A DNA stretch of 64,000 bases from positions 1 to 64,000 of the forward strand of contig JACPAV010000021.1 in the NCBI GenBank assembly GCA_016180645.1, given 5' to 3'. Position numbers and translations under genes: made by a program. The notes below the pieces were generated by a model. It saw only the letters and a program-made list of their open reading frames with translations. It made no database searches and had not been told where the DNA came from. This DNA is from Nitrospirota bacterium (GTDB taxonomy: Bacteria; JACPQY01). Shown here piece by piece: positions 1-8,642 of this stretch. Positions within the stretch are counted from its first letter, which is position 1. Each line of letters opens with the position of its first letter.

Positions 1-555
1 CTTGAGGACGTTTTCCACATCCGCGCCGGTCATGGAAAGCGCCTCACGCAACTTCGCGAGAACGTCGCGGTAGGCGAGGGTCACCTTTGGGGTGCCCTCC
101 TTGCCACCAGGCCCTCCGCCCCCCTGCGGCTTCGAGGCCAGCGTCATCTTGATCATCATGTCCATCACCACGCCCACGCTCATGAACGGATTGTCGCTGG
201 TCTTGGCGCTGATTTGTTCGACGGTTTTCTTGAGGCGGTTGACGAGGGACTTGAGGAGGACGGCGAGGATCTTGGGCGACTTGTCCAGCATGTTGGTGAA
301 GCCGTCCTTGTCGAGGACGAACAATTCCACGGGTTCGCTCGCAATCGCGGAGGCCGCCCGATCCTGATCCAGAATCAGGGCCATTTCGCCGAAAAGGGAA
401 CCGGGCCCGAGGTTCTCGAGCACGAGTTTCTTGCCGTCTATCAGCTTGGAGATTTCAACCTTGCCGGTTTTTATGAGGTAGCCGGCATCGCCCTTCGCGC
501 CCTCGCGAAAGATGATCTGATCTTTCGGAATAACTTTTATGGGTACCGTCGACAT
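1..555 (-). CDS. cyclic nucleotide-binding (Crp/Fnr-like) protein, 3' end runs off the window
   Basis: Not in the ORF track. Manual translation from ATG 555: MSTVPIKVIPKDQIIFREGAKGDAGYLIKTGKVEISK...LGPGSLFGEMALILDQDRAASAIA, the cNMP-binding pattern (IFREG, G-x-V, FGEMAL, R-x-A-S). Frame is open to base 1. Confidence 0.85.
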   Translation of the reverse strand, partial: MSTVPIKVIPKDQIIFREGAKGDAGYLIKTGKVEISKLIDGKKLVLENLGPGSLFGEMALILDQDRAASAIASEPVELFVLDKDGFTNMLDKSPKILAVLLKSLVNRLKKTVEQISAKTSDNPFMSVGVVMDMMIKMTLASKPQGGGGPGGKEGTPKVTLAYRDVLAKLREALSMTGADVENVLK

Positions 556-697
556 TTTCTCCGTCCTTTCAGAGGGTTCTATTAGACCAATTTAGAGGGG
601 GTTGTCAAATCGCGGGGGGCGGTTTTCAGGCCTCGTGGATTGCCAGTCGGGTTCGGATCGATGGCCACCTTTCGGTGAGGTTGGTGCGCCCTCGCCG

Positions 698-3600
698 TCA
701 AGGCAGGCCGGTCACTTGGACGGCCGTCGGACGGTTGGCCGTGCCTCCATCCCCGAGTTGGCCGGAGCCTCCGGCGCCCCAGCATCGGGCGGTCCCATCG
801 GAGACGGCGGCGCACGTATGACTGGCGCCTCCAGTCACCGCGACCGCGCCAGTGAGGGTTGAGACCGCCACCGAGGTGGGCTTGTCCGCCGTGCTCCCAT
901 CGCCCAACTGCCCGAAAATGTTGTACCCCCAGCATCGGACCGTGCCGTTGGCCAGAAGCGCGCAGGCGTGGTTGCTGCCCGCGGTGACCGCGAAGGCGTT
1001 CGTGAGCGTCGATGCGGCCACGGGTGTCCACCGATCCGAGCCGCTTCCATCCCCGATCTGGCCGAAGGCGTTGTATCCCCAACATTTGACTCCGCCGTCC
1101 GCCGAGAGGGCGCAAGTGTGGTAGTCGCCCACCGCAACAGCGACCGCTCCGGTAAGCGTGGAGACGGATACAGGAGTGGATTTGTTCACGGTTGTTCCAT
1201 CGCCGAGTTGGCCGCTTGTGCCTCTTCCCCAGCAGCGGACGGTGCCATCGGCGAGCAGCGCGCAGGAATGTGCGAATCCCGATGTCACGGCGATGGCTCC
1301 GGTGAGAGTCGAGACCGTGACGGGAGTGGATTTGTTCGCCGTCGTTCCATCCCCCAGTTGGCCCACGTCGTTTTTCCCCCAACACCTGATCGCACCGTCG
1401 GAGTGAAGCGAGCAGGTGTGTGAGGTCCCTCCTGTGAGGGCAACGGCCCCCGTCAGCGTTGAGATGGCCACGGGAGAAGTTTTCTGCGCGGAACTTCCAT
1501 CTCCGAGTTGGCCGAAATCATTCCGCCCCCAACAGCGGGCCGATCCATCCGAGATCAGCGAGCAGGTGTAGTAGTCTCCGGCCGTCAGGGAGGTTGCTCC
1601 GGTCAACGCAGGGACAATCGTCGGGGTCGATTTGTTCGTCGTGCTCCCATCGCCGAGCTGGCCGTTGCCGTTCCCTCCCCAGCATTTGACGGTTCCGTCC
1701 GAGAGCAGGGCGCATGAATGAATGTAGCCCGCGACGATGCCCTCGCGCCACGGTCTCGCCGGTGCGCCGGCCGCGGTGGCTTCATGCAGCCGGGCCAGTT
1801 TCACTCCCAGGGAGCCGGTGAGGCCGCCGACCGCAACCGGGATCGGGCGGTTGACCGTGGTTCCATCTCCGATCTGGCCGTAGAGATTGTATCCCCAGCA
1901 CCGAACCGATCCGTCCGAGACTGAAGCGCAGGTGTGGTAGGCTCCGCCCGTGATCGCCGCCGTGCCCGCGATCGTCGAAGCGGCCACGGGAGTGGATTTG
2001 TTCGCGGTTGTGCCATCCCCGATTTGTCCGTAGCTGTTTCCTCCCCAGCACCTGGCCGACCCATCCGAGATCAGGGCGCAGGTGTGACCGAGTCCGCCGG
2101 TCATGGCCGTCACGCCCGCGAGGGTGGAAACGGCCACCGGCGTGGGGCGATTGGTCGGCGTGCCATCGCCGATCTGGCCGCTGAAGTTGTTTCCCCAGCA
2201 CCGGACTGTTCCATCGGACACGAGAGCGCACACATGCTGGTCGCCCGCGGCCACGGCCACGGCGCCGGTAAGGGTGGAAACGGCCACGGGCGTGGTTTTT
2301 TGCGCCGTTGTCCCGTCTCCAACCTCGCCGCTGCTGTTGAGCCCCCAGCATCTGACGGTTCCGTCCGAGAGCAGGGCGCAACTCTGGCCCAATCCGGCCG
2401 TGATGGCCACCGCTCCGGTGAGGGTGGAAACGGCCACCGGCGTCGTTTTCTGGTTCGCCGATGTTCCATCTCCGAGTTGGCCGTTTGTATCGTTGCCCCA
2501 GCATCGGACCGTTCCGTCGAAAAGGAGGGCGCAAGTGTGCTCCTTCCCCCCCGCGAGCGTCACCACGCCGGTGAGAGTCGAGACGCCGACCGGTGTCGTT
2601 TTCTGAACGAGTGTTCCATCGCCGATCTGGCCATAATTGTTGAGCCCCCAACACCTGGCGGTTCCGTCCGCCGTGAGCGAGCAGGAATGGGCGTTGCCTC
2701 CGTTCAGCAGGATCGTGCTCGAAAGAGCGGGTACGGTGTTGGGGGTAAGACGATTTGCCGTCGTTCCATCGCCGAGTTGGCCGTAGGAATTGTACCCCCA
2801 GCACTTGGAGGTTCCGTCCGACGCGAGCGCGCAGGTGTGATATCCCCCTGCGGTGATTGCCTGAACGTTTCCGCCGGCTGGAGGCGGGCCGCCGAGGGTG
2901 GTGGCGGATTTTTCGACGGAGTTCGTGTCGCGGTTTCCGAGTTCGTCCTTGGCCCTCGCCACGAAAAAGTAGGTGGCCGAGGCGCTGAGGCCGGTGACGC
3001 TCTGGGAAGTGGCCCCTGCGACGGTGGTGTAGGTGGCGGTGAATGTGGTTGTGCAGGTGCCGGACGTGGTGGACTGGCAGATCTCGTAGACGAGGGTGCT
3101 GGAGGGGCTTACGTTGTCCGTGGCGGCGGCCCACGCGAGATCGATCTGGGAAGTGGAGACGGCGGCGGCGGAGGCGAGCCCGGCGAACGTGGGGGGCGAT
3201 ACATCCACCGTAAAGGTGAACGCTGCCGGTGAAGGGTCGGAGTTCCCTGATGAGTCTTTCGCCCGCACCTTGAATGTATGCGATCCGGACGTCAGCCCGG
3301 CGTAGGTTTTCGGCGAGGCACACGATGAAAACCCGCCTCCGTCCAAATCGCACTCGAAGGTGGCGGATGAATTCGAGCTGGTGAACGCGAAAGTGGCCGA
3401 CGGCTGACCGATGATCGCTGCGGGCTGATTCGTGATCGTTGTATCGAGGACGGTGAGATCGACCGTCCAGGTGTAGGAGGCGGGTGTGGGATCGCGGCTT
3501 CCGGAGGAGTCGACGGCGCGGACGCGGAAAGTGTGGCTTCCTTGAGTGAGGGGAGAGAGCGTGAGGGGAGAGGTGCAGGGAGCAAACGGAGCGGAATCCA

Positions 3601-5254
3601 GCGAACACTCGAAAGCGGCGGTAGCCAACGTGGAGGTGAACGAGAACGTGGCGGAGGTAAACCCGCTGGTGGCGGAAGGCTGGCCGGTGATTGTGGTGTC
3701 GAAGGCGCCCGGGGAGACGGGGGCGCTGGGATCGATCGTCCAGGTGACTGTGGCCGGAGATGCGTCGACCTGCCCCGCGGCGTCGATGGCACGGACTCGG
3801 AATATGTGACTGCCTTGAGTGAGAAGGGAGAGCGTGAGGGGAGAGGTGCAAGAGGTAAAGGGCGCGGAGTCGAGTGCGCACTCGAAAGTGGAGTTGGATT
3901 CGGAGGACGTGAAGGTGAACGTGGCCGAGGCGGAGGACGTGGCCGAGGGCGGCTTTTCCAAGATGAGGGTGTTGGGAGGGAGATCGAACTGTTTCACGGC
4001 TTCGGGATCGGCCGCCTGATCCGGGGTGATGACGTTGACGATGAGATCCACGGGGCTGGTATCGGTGTTTCCGATGTTGTCGGCCGACTTGATTTTGACG
4101 AGGTGCTCTCCCGGCGAATCGAACTTCCACGTGAAAGGCGATGTGCAGCCGAAGTAGGGGCCGCCGTCGATGGAGCAGGCGAACTTGCAAGCGGACGTTC
4201 CGGTGCAAGAGAAGGTGAAGGTGATGGGGATGCCGGTGATCGTCACCCCGGCCGGGAGCGCGGCGGCGGGCGTGCCGGGCTCGGCGGGGATGGAGGTGGC
4301 GGCCGTTTCCGGCGGCGTGAGCGTAATCCCCTGGGGATCGATGGAAACCTCCACGGTGATTCCCTGCTCCGTCTGGAGGGTTTGGCCGAGGTTCTTGCCG
4401 AGGAGGACCATCATGCCTCGAGTGAGATCCACGGAAGGTTTCTTTTGGGGGTCCCTGGCGTACTCCGGGCCGGCGGTGATCGTTTCGATGAGGGTGGAGA
4501 CGCCGTCCTCGTCGCCGTCGGGGAGTTGGACGATTTCGGGCGGGATCTCCTGCTCATCGATAACCAGCCCGCGCTTGTCTTTGGAGACGATGAGAGGCAT
4601 CTGAACGTCTACGAGGCTCAAGTCCGGTTCTTCCGGTGGGCTGATGACGATTCGCAGTCGGCGTTCGCCCGGCGCGAGAGATTTTTCTGGAATGGGAGCC
4701 GTGAATTGAAAGGCGAAGGCCGGGTCGTCGCTCGTGGCTCGTTTCTCGTGGCTCGCTTGAATTCGTGATCCCGTGACCCCGTAAGCCTGTGATCCCGAAG
4801 GATCCGCCTGGTTCACGGGTTCACGGGACGCGGGGTCACGATCTGGCGCTCCGCGTCGCCCACTTCCCGACGTGGCCGCGCGGATTCCTCCACGGACGCC
4901 GCTGACCACCTGTCCGCGAATCCCTTCGGCGGCGGACTGATCGTCGAGCCGGATTCCGGCCACGGCCCCTCGGAGGGCCTCGTCGGCGGTCGAAACGTCC
5001 TCCACGGCGGCAACACCTTCGGCGCGGCTCAGTTCATCCGCCCACTGCGGATCTTCCGCGCGCCGGCCTCCTCGCACGCCTGCCCGAATGCCTTCCAACG
5101 CCGCCGCCTGTTCCGCCGTGAGCGGGATCGCGAATTCCAGCTCGACCGCGCGCTCGCGCTTTTTGTCGGAGCATCCCGAGCAACCGGACAGATGAAGTAA
5201 ACAAAGGATCGCCGCCGGCGCCCACCATCCGCGCCGGAGGAACCCGAAATCCAT
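698..5254 (-). CDS. giant lipoprotein with Ig-like repeats, an FN3 domain and 14 RCC1/BLIP-II-type repeats
   Basis: Lipobox-like LSGC after a hydrophobic stretch; repeated DTTITxxP...FECxLD...GSHTFxVRAxD Ig-like units; one FN3 unit; 14 copies of HxCAL-x-x-DG-x-x-x-CWG-x-N-x-x-GQLGDG in two blocks of 7. Confidence 0.9.
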   Translation of the reverse strand: MDFGFLRRGWWAPAAILCLLHLSGCSGCSDKKRERAVELEFAIPLTAEQAAALEGIRAGVRGGRRAEDPQWADELSRAEGVAAVEDVSTADEALRGAVAGIRLDDQSAAEGIRGQVVSGVRGGIRAATSGSGRRGAPDRDPASREPVNQADPSGSQAYGVTGSRIQASHEKRATSDDPAFAFQFTAPIPEKSLAPGERRLRIVISPPEEPDLSLVDVQMPLIVSKDKRGLVIDEQEIPPEIVQLPDGDEDGVSTLIETITAGPEYARDPQKKPSVDLTRGMMVLLGKNLGQTLQTEQGITVEVSIDPQGITLTPPETAATSIPAEPGTPAAALPAGVTITGIPITFTFSCTGTSACKFACSIDGGPYFGCTSPFTWKFDSPGEHLVKIKSADNIGNTDTSPVDLIVNVITPDQAADPEAVKQFDLPPNTLILEKPPSATSSASATFTFTSSESNSTFECALDSAPFTSCTSPLTLSLLTQGSHIFRVRAIDAAGQVDASPATVTWTIDPSAPVSPGAFDTTITGQPSATSGFTSATFSFTSTLATAAFECSLDSAPFAPCTSPLTLSPLTQGSHTFRVRAVDSSGSRDPTPASYTWTVDLTVLDTTITNQPAAIIGQPSATFAFTSSNSSATFECDLDGGGFSSCASPKTYAGLTSGSHTFKVRAKDSSGNSDPSPAAFTFTVDVSPPTFAGLASAAAVSTSQIDLAWAAATDNVSPSSTLVYEICQSTTSGTCTTTFTATYTTVAGATSQSVTGLSASATYFFVARAKDELGNRDTNSVEKSATTLGGPPPAGGNVQAITAGGYHTCALASDGTSKCWGYNSYGQLGDGTTANRLTPNTVPALSSTILLNGGNAHSCSLTADGTARCWGLNNYGQIGDGTLVQKTTPVGVSTLTGVVTLAGGKEHTCALLFDGTVRCWGNDTNGQLGDGTSANQKTTPVAVSTLTGAVAITAGLGQSCALLSDGTVRCWGLNSSGEVGDGTTAQKTTPVAVSTLTGAVAVAAGDQHVCALVSDGTVRCWGNNFSGQIGDGTPTNRPTPVAVSTLAGVTAMTGGLGHTCALISDGSARCWGGNSYGQIGDGTTANKSTPVAASTIAGTAAITGGAYHTCASVSDGSVRCWGYNLYGQIGDGTTVNRPIPVAVGGLTGSLGVKLARLHEATAAGAPARPWREGIVAGYIHSCALLSDGTVKCWGGNGNGQLGDGSTTNKSTPTIVPALTGATSLTAGDYYTCSLISDGSARCWGRNDFGQLGDGSSAQKTSPVAISTLTGAVALTGGTSHTCSLHSDGAIRCWGKNDVGQLGDGTTANKSTPVTVSTLTGAIAVTSGFAHSCALLADGTVRCWGRGTSGQLGDGTTVNKSTPVSVSTLTGAVAVAVGDYHTCALSADGGVKCWGYNAFGQIGDGSGSDRWTPVAASTLTNAFAVTAGSNHACALLANGTVRCWGYNIFGQLGDGSTADKPTSVAVSTLTGAVAVTGGASHTCAAVSDGTARCWGAGGSGQLGDGGTANRPTAVQVTGLP

Positions 5255-5323
5255 GCGGGCAATACTAGAGCCTGTTCCGGCCCAAATCCATCGCCAAAAG
5301 CGAAGTCGGAGCGGGGTGAACTC

Positions 5324-7672
5324 TCAGTCCAGGGCCGTGAGTTCCGAGGGAGGAGGCGGGGGAGCCTTCGGGCCGTGCTTCTTGCGCGCGAAAGGGTTTC
5401 GAAATCTCTTCGGCTTCCTTGCGTCGGCCTCCGGCGTGTAGCCCCGGTATTGGTAGCGATACAAGTAGCGCGGGTAGAAATAGGGGCCGTGGTAGTCGAT
5501 GTCGTTCAGGACGAGCCCGAGGACGTTGGCGCCCGCCCCCTTCATCGATTCCACCGCGCGGAGCAGCATCTCCCGCGGCGTCCGACCGATGCGGTACACC
5601 AGGACCAACCCGTCCACGTGCGGCGCGATGACGGAGGCATCGGCCACCGGAAGGATCGGCGGGCAATCGACGATCACGATCTCGAATTCTTTTTTCAGCG
5701 TCTCGATCAAACCTCCTCGCATCAACTGTTCGAGCGTTTCGGAGGGGTGGACGGGCGTGGGGCCGGCGGGGAGGATGCGGAGTTTATCCAATCCCGGCGT
5801 GGTCTGAAGCGTTTTCGGGTCCAGCCCTTCGAGGAAGAAATCGTAGACGGTGCGGACAAGGGATTTCCACGGCGCGCCGTCGAGCACGATGTTGGTCAAC
5901 CCGCGCTCCGGTTTCATGGGAAAAATTTTGTGCATGGTCGGACGGCGGGTGTTCGCCTCCACGAGGAGCGTCGGGTACCCGGCCTGTGCGAAGGTAATGG
6001 CGAGATTCGAGGTGATGAAGGACTTTCCTTCCTGGGGCGTGGCGCTCGTCAGGAGGAACGCCCGATGTTTGACCGCCCCGCGGCGCATGCCCATCCGAAG
6101 GATCCTGAAGCTCTCGCCGACCGGATCCTTGGGCCAGAAATGGGCCACCATCTTGTCCTGATAATAAGGACGCGGGTTCGCGCCCTCCTCCTTCCGCTTC
6201 CTTCCCACGCGCCGGGCCTCGGCGCCCTCCGGATCGAAATGCGGAATGACCGACAGGACCGGGTGCCCGACCAAGGCCTCCACTTCCGCGACGTTGTCGA
6301 GGGAGAAATCGAACGACTCGCGCAGAAAGGCCAGTCCGATTCCCAGGATGAATCCGAAGGCGAGGAACGACAGCATGGGGGTGAGTTGCAGCCGCTTCGA
6401 GGCCGCGGCCGGCACGAGAGCGAGCTCGACGACGCGCACAAGGTCGCTCGTGTAACTTTGCTCGTACTGCGCGGTCTGCCAGGCCTTCTCCATTTCGTCC
6501 AGCATGCTTTGCCGTCGTTCCACGTTCCGCTCCAGCCGCACGAGCTGGATCTGATCTTCCAGGACCGTCAGTTTGGATGCTTCGAGCCGGCCGCGCGCGT
6601 CGGCGATTTCCCCTTCCTCGCGCCCCACGTCATCCAGCGTTCGCCGGAGCACGAGGACCAATTGTTCCTGGTCCTGGCGAAGTCGATCCCCGAGGCTGTG
6701 CACCTGGGGGTGAGCGGTGGTGAATGAGCTTTCGAGTTCTCTTTTCTCGGAAAGCGTCCGCACGAAATCGGCGCGATGCTGTTCGTAGTCCTCCGGCGCG
6801 CCGGCAAAAACGAGGGTGGGCACCGTTCCCCCGCGGGCGTAGTCCTCTTGAAGCAAGGTGTCGAGGATCCTGGCGACGGCCTTTCTCCTTTCGACCAGGG
6901 CCTCCTCCCGTTCTTCCAGATCGATCAGACGCCTGAGTTGGAGGTTCAGCGAGGCTTCCGCTTCCATCATGCGGTGCGACATCTTGAAATCGGCGAGCTC
7001 CCTTTCGGCTTGATCGAGTTGGCCATCCAGCCGCTTGCGCTGATCGGCCGACGAGGAGTGGGCTTGGTCGGCTCTCTCCCTCGTCCGCCTGTTCCGGTGG
7101 TCCCTGTAGGCTTCGGCGGTGAAATTGGCGATATCGCGGGCCTCCTTCGCATCGGCGGCCGTCACCTCGATATCCATGATCATCGTCCCCGGCCGCTCGA
7201 TCACGCGGATCTTGGACTGAATCTCCTTCACGGCGCGAAGGTGCTCCTGGTGGGCGGAGATCGACTCCTCCGTGGAATCGGGTGGAATCCGCCCGAGGCG
7301 TCGGGCCACCTCCATGACGACGGGCACACTGGTGACGATGTAGCCTTCCGTCTTCGTGTCGGTCCAGGAATACCCCCGTCCTCCGGGAGCCATGGTGAAG
7401 AATTGGTCGAGTTCCACGCTGGACCGGGTGCGGAAAACGGGTTCCTGGCTTCGGATGAAGGCGAGAGACACGATGAAGGAGACGGTTACGGTGAGGATGA
7501 CGATGTGTTTCCGCTTCAGAATGATCTTCAGGACATCCGGAAGGGAGGCGTGGTGTTCGTGTGGGCGGGGCGTCGGCGGGACGGGGGGGGCGGGGGGATT
7601 CACGGGCGGCGCGTAGAGGGATCGCTCAGGCCATGCGGTGTGAGGGTCCTTCGTGGCCGGCGACCGAGGCAT
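5324..7672 (-). CDS. Wzc/GumC-like polysaccharide co-polymerase with BY-kinase domain (copy 1)
   Basis: N-terminal TM, coiled-coil periplasmic region, second TM, ESFRILR, Walker A SATPQEGKS, Walker B IVIVDCPP, C-terminal Tyr cluster YHGPYFYPRYLYRYQYRGY. Confidence 0.9.
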   Translation of the reverse strand: MPRSPATKDPHTAWPERSLYAPPVNPPAPPVPPTPRPHEHHASLPDVLKIILKRKHIVILTVTVSFIVSLAFIRSQEPVFRTRSSVELDQFFTMAPGGRGYSWTDTKTEGYIVTSVPVVMEVARRLGRIPPDSTEESISAHQEHLRAVKEIQSKIRVIERPGTMIMDIEVTAADAKEARDIANFTAEAYRDHRNRRTRERADQAHSSSADQRKRLDGQLDQAERELADFKMSHRMMEAEASLNLQLRRLIDLEEREEALVERRKAVARILDTLLQEDYARGGTVPTLVFAGAPEDYEQHRADFVRTLSEKRELESSFTTAHPQVHSLGDRLRQDQEQLVLVLRRTLDDVGREEGEIADARGRLEASKLTVLEDQIQLVRLERNVERRQSMLDEMEKAWQTAQYEQSYTSDLVRVVELALVPAAASKRLQLTPMLSFLAFGFILGIGLAFLRESFDFSLDNVAEVEALVGHPVLSVIPHFDPEGAEARRVGRKRKEEGANPRPYYQDKMVAHFWPKDPVGESFRILRMGMRRGAVKHRAFLLTSATPQEGKSFITSNLAITFAQAGYPTLLVEANTRRPTMHKIFPMKPERGLTNIVLDGAPWKSLVRTVYDFFLEGLDPKTLQTTPGLDKLRILPAGPTPVHPSETLEQLMRGGLIETLKKEFEIVIVDCPPILPVADASVIAPHVDGLVLVYRIGRTPREMLLRAVESMKGAGANVLGLVLNDIDYHGPYFYPRYLYRYQYRGYTPEADARKPKRFRNPFARKKHGPKAPPPPPSELTALD

Positions 7673-8564
7673 CCTTAATGGTGATCATCGGATGGAGTCG
7701 AAGGTCGAGGATCTCGCCGGTGGGTCCATCGGGACCGTCCTCCAAGAGTTCCACCACGGGGTTCATTGGCGTATCGGGATTCGGCGACCGAACACGCGCC
7801 ATACGCCCCGTGGAAAGCCGCACGAGCGAGCCCGGAGGGTAGGGAGTGACCGTGCGAAGCGCGGCCATCAAGACGCGTTTTGGGAAATGCTCGCGCGAGT
7901 CCTTGACGAGGAGCGAAAACCCGTCGAGAAAAGACTTCGGCTTGCGATAGGGCCGGTAGTGCGTGAGGCTTTCGATCGTGTCGCAGAAGCCGACGATTTT
8001 CGCAAAATATTCGATTTCGTCGCCGTGCAGCCCGTGCGGATAGCCGGTCCCGTTCTGGCGCTCCTGTTCGTGAAGCGCGATGCGCGAGAAGACGGCCCTC
8101 AGACCCGACTCGCTGAGAATGCGGAAACCGATCTCGGGATGTGTTTCCACGATTTTGCGCTCCCGTTCGGTCAGGGGCCGCTGCATGTGGACGATTTCCC
8201 TGGGGAGGTCGAACATTCCCACGTCATGCAACAGCCCGCCCGCTCCGAGGATGAGAAGGTCTTGCCCGCCGATCTCCAGTTCGTGGCCCATGGCCATCGC
8301 CAGGATGCTGACATTGATGGAATGGTCATAGAGAAAATCGGATTCATAGTCCCGAGACGAAGGCGCGAAGATCTGGGCCAGCCACAAGAGTTCATGGCTC
8401 CGCAGGCTGGAGAGCACTTCCGCAAGAGTCAGGAAGATTCGATGATCCCTGACGTCAGTTCCATTCCGGACGTGATCGACAAAATGGTGGAGGTCATCAC
8501 GGAGCGTGGAGGTCAACCGATCGACCTCTGGCTCCCCCTCCCTCAGCCCATTTCCGTTATGCAT
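7626..8564 (-). CDS. HD-GYP domain protein, degenerate metal ligands (copy 1)
   Basis: HSINV, LLHDVG, HPEIG, GTGYPHGLHGDEI, RPYRK motifs; canonical HHE reads EQE. Overlaps the start of the Wzc-like gene by 47 bp. Confidence 0.88.
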   Translation of the reverse strand: MHNGNGLREGEPEVDRLTSTLRDDLHHFVDHVRNGTDVRDHRIFLTLAEVLSSLRSHELLWLAQIFAPSSRDYESDFLYDHSINVSILAMAMGHELEIGGQDLLILGAGGLLHDVGMFDLPREIVHMQRPLTERERKIVETHPEIGFRILSESGLRAVFSRIALHEQERQNGTGYPHGLHGDEIEYFAKIVGFCDTIESLTHYRPYRKPKSFLDGFSLLVKDSREHFPKRVLMAALRTVTPYPPGSLVRLSTGRMARVRSPNPDTPMNPVVELLEDGPDGPTGEILDLRLHPMITIKDASVAGHEGPSHRMA

Positions 8565-8607
8565 GGCCTCTGATAAACAATGGCCGGATTTTGTTCTCCC
8601 TTGTTTT

Positions 8608-8641
8608 TTGACATGTTAGCAGAGTACCTGTAGAATGTCAA
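8608..8641. promoter_or_regulatory. overlapping divergent sigma70-type promoters
   Basis: Plus strand: TTGACA(8608-13)-17 bp-TAGAAT(8631-36). Minus strand: TTGACA(8641-36)-17 bp-TAACAT(8618-13). Lies between divergent genes. Confidence 0.6.
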
Positions 8642-8642
8642 C

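Noticed and set aside
700-2880. ~150-bp periodic repeats suggesting a CRISPR array or DGR target
   Set aside because: They are in-frame RCC1 coding repeats with synonymous variation; no spacers, cas genes, reverse transcriptase or adenine-specific template/variable pair seen.
1782-4208. 808-aa alternative-frame ORF, and similar long ORFs such as 25123-27909, 46999-48774 and 32902-34521
   Set aside because: Shadow ORFs of GC-rich genes: Arg/Pro/Gly-rich, no motifs, fully overlapping well-supported CDSs.
5266-5280. CTAGAGCCTGTT resembling an IS/MITE end
   Set aside because: No matching opposite end found nearby.
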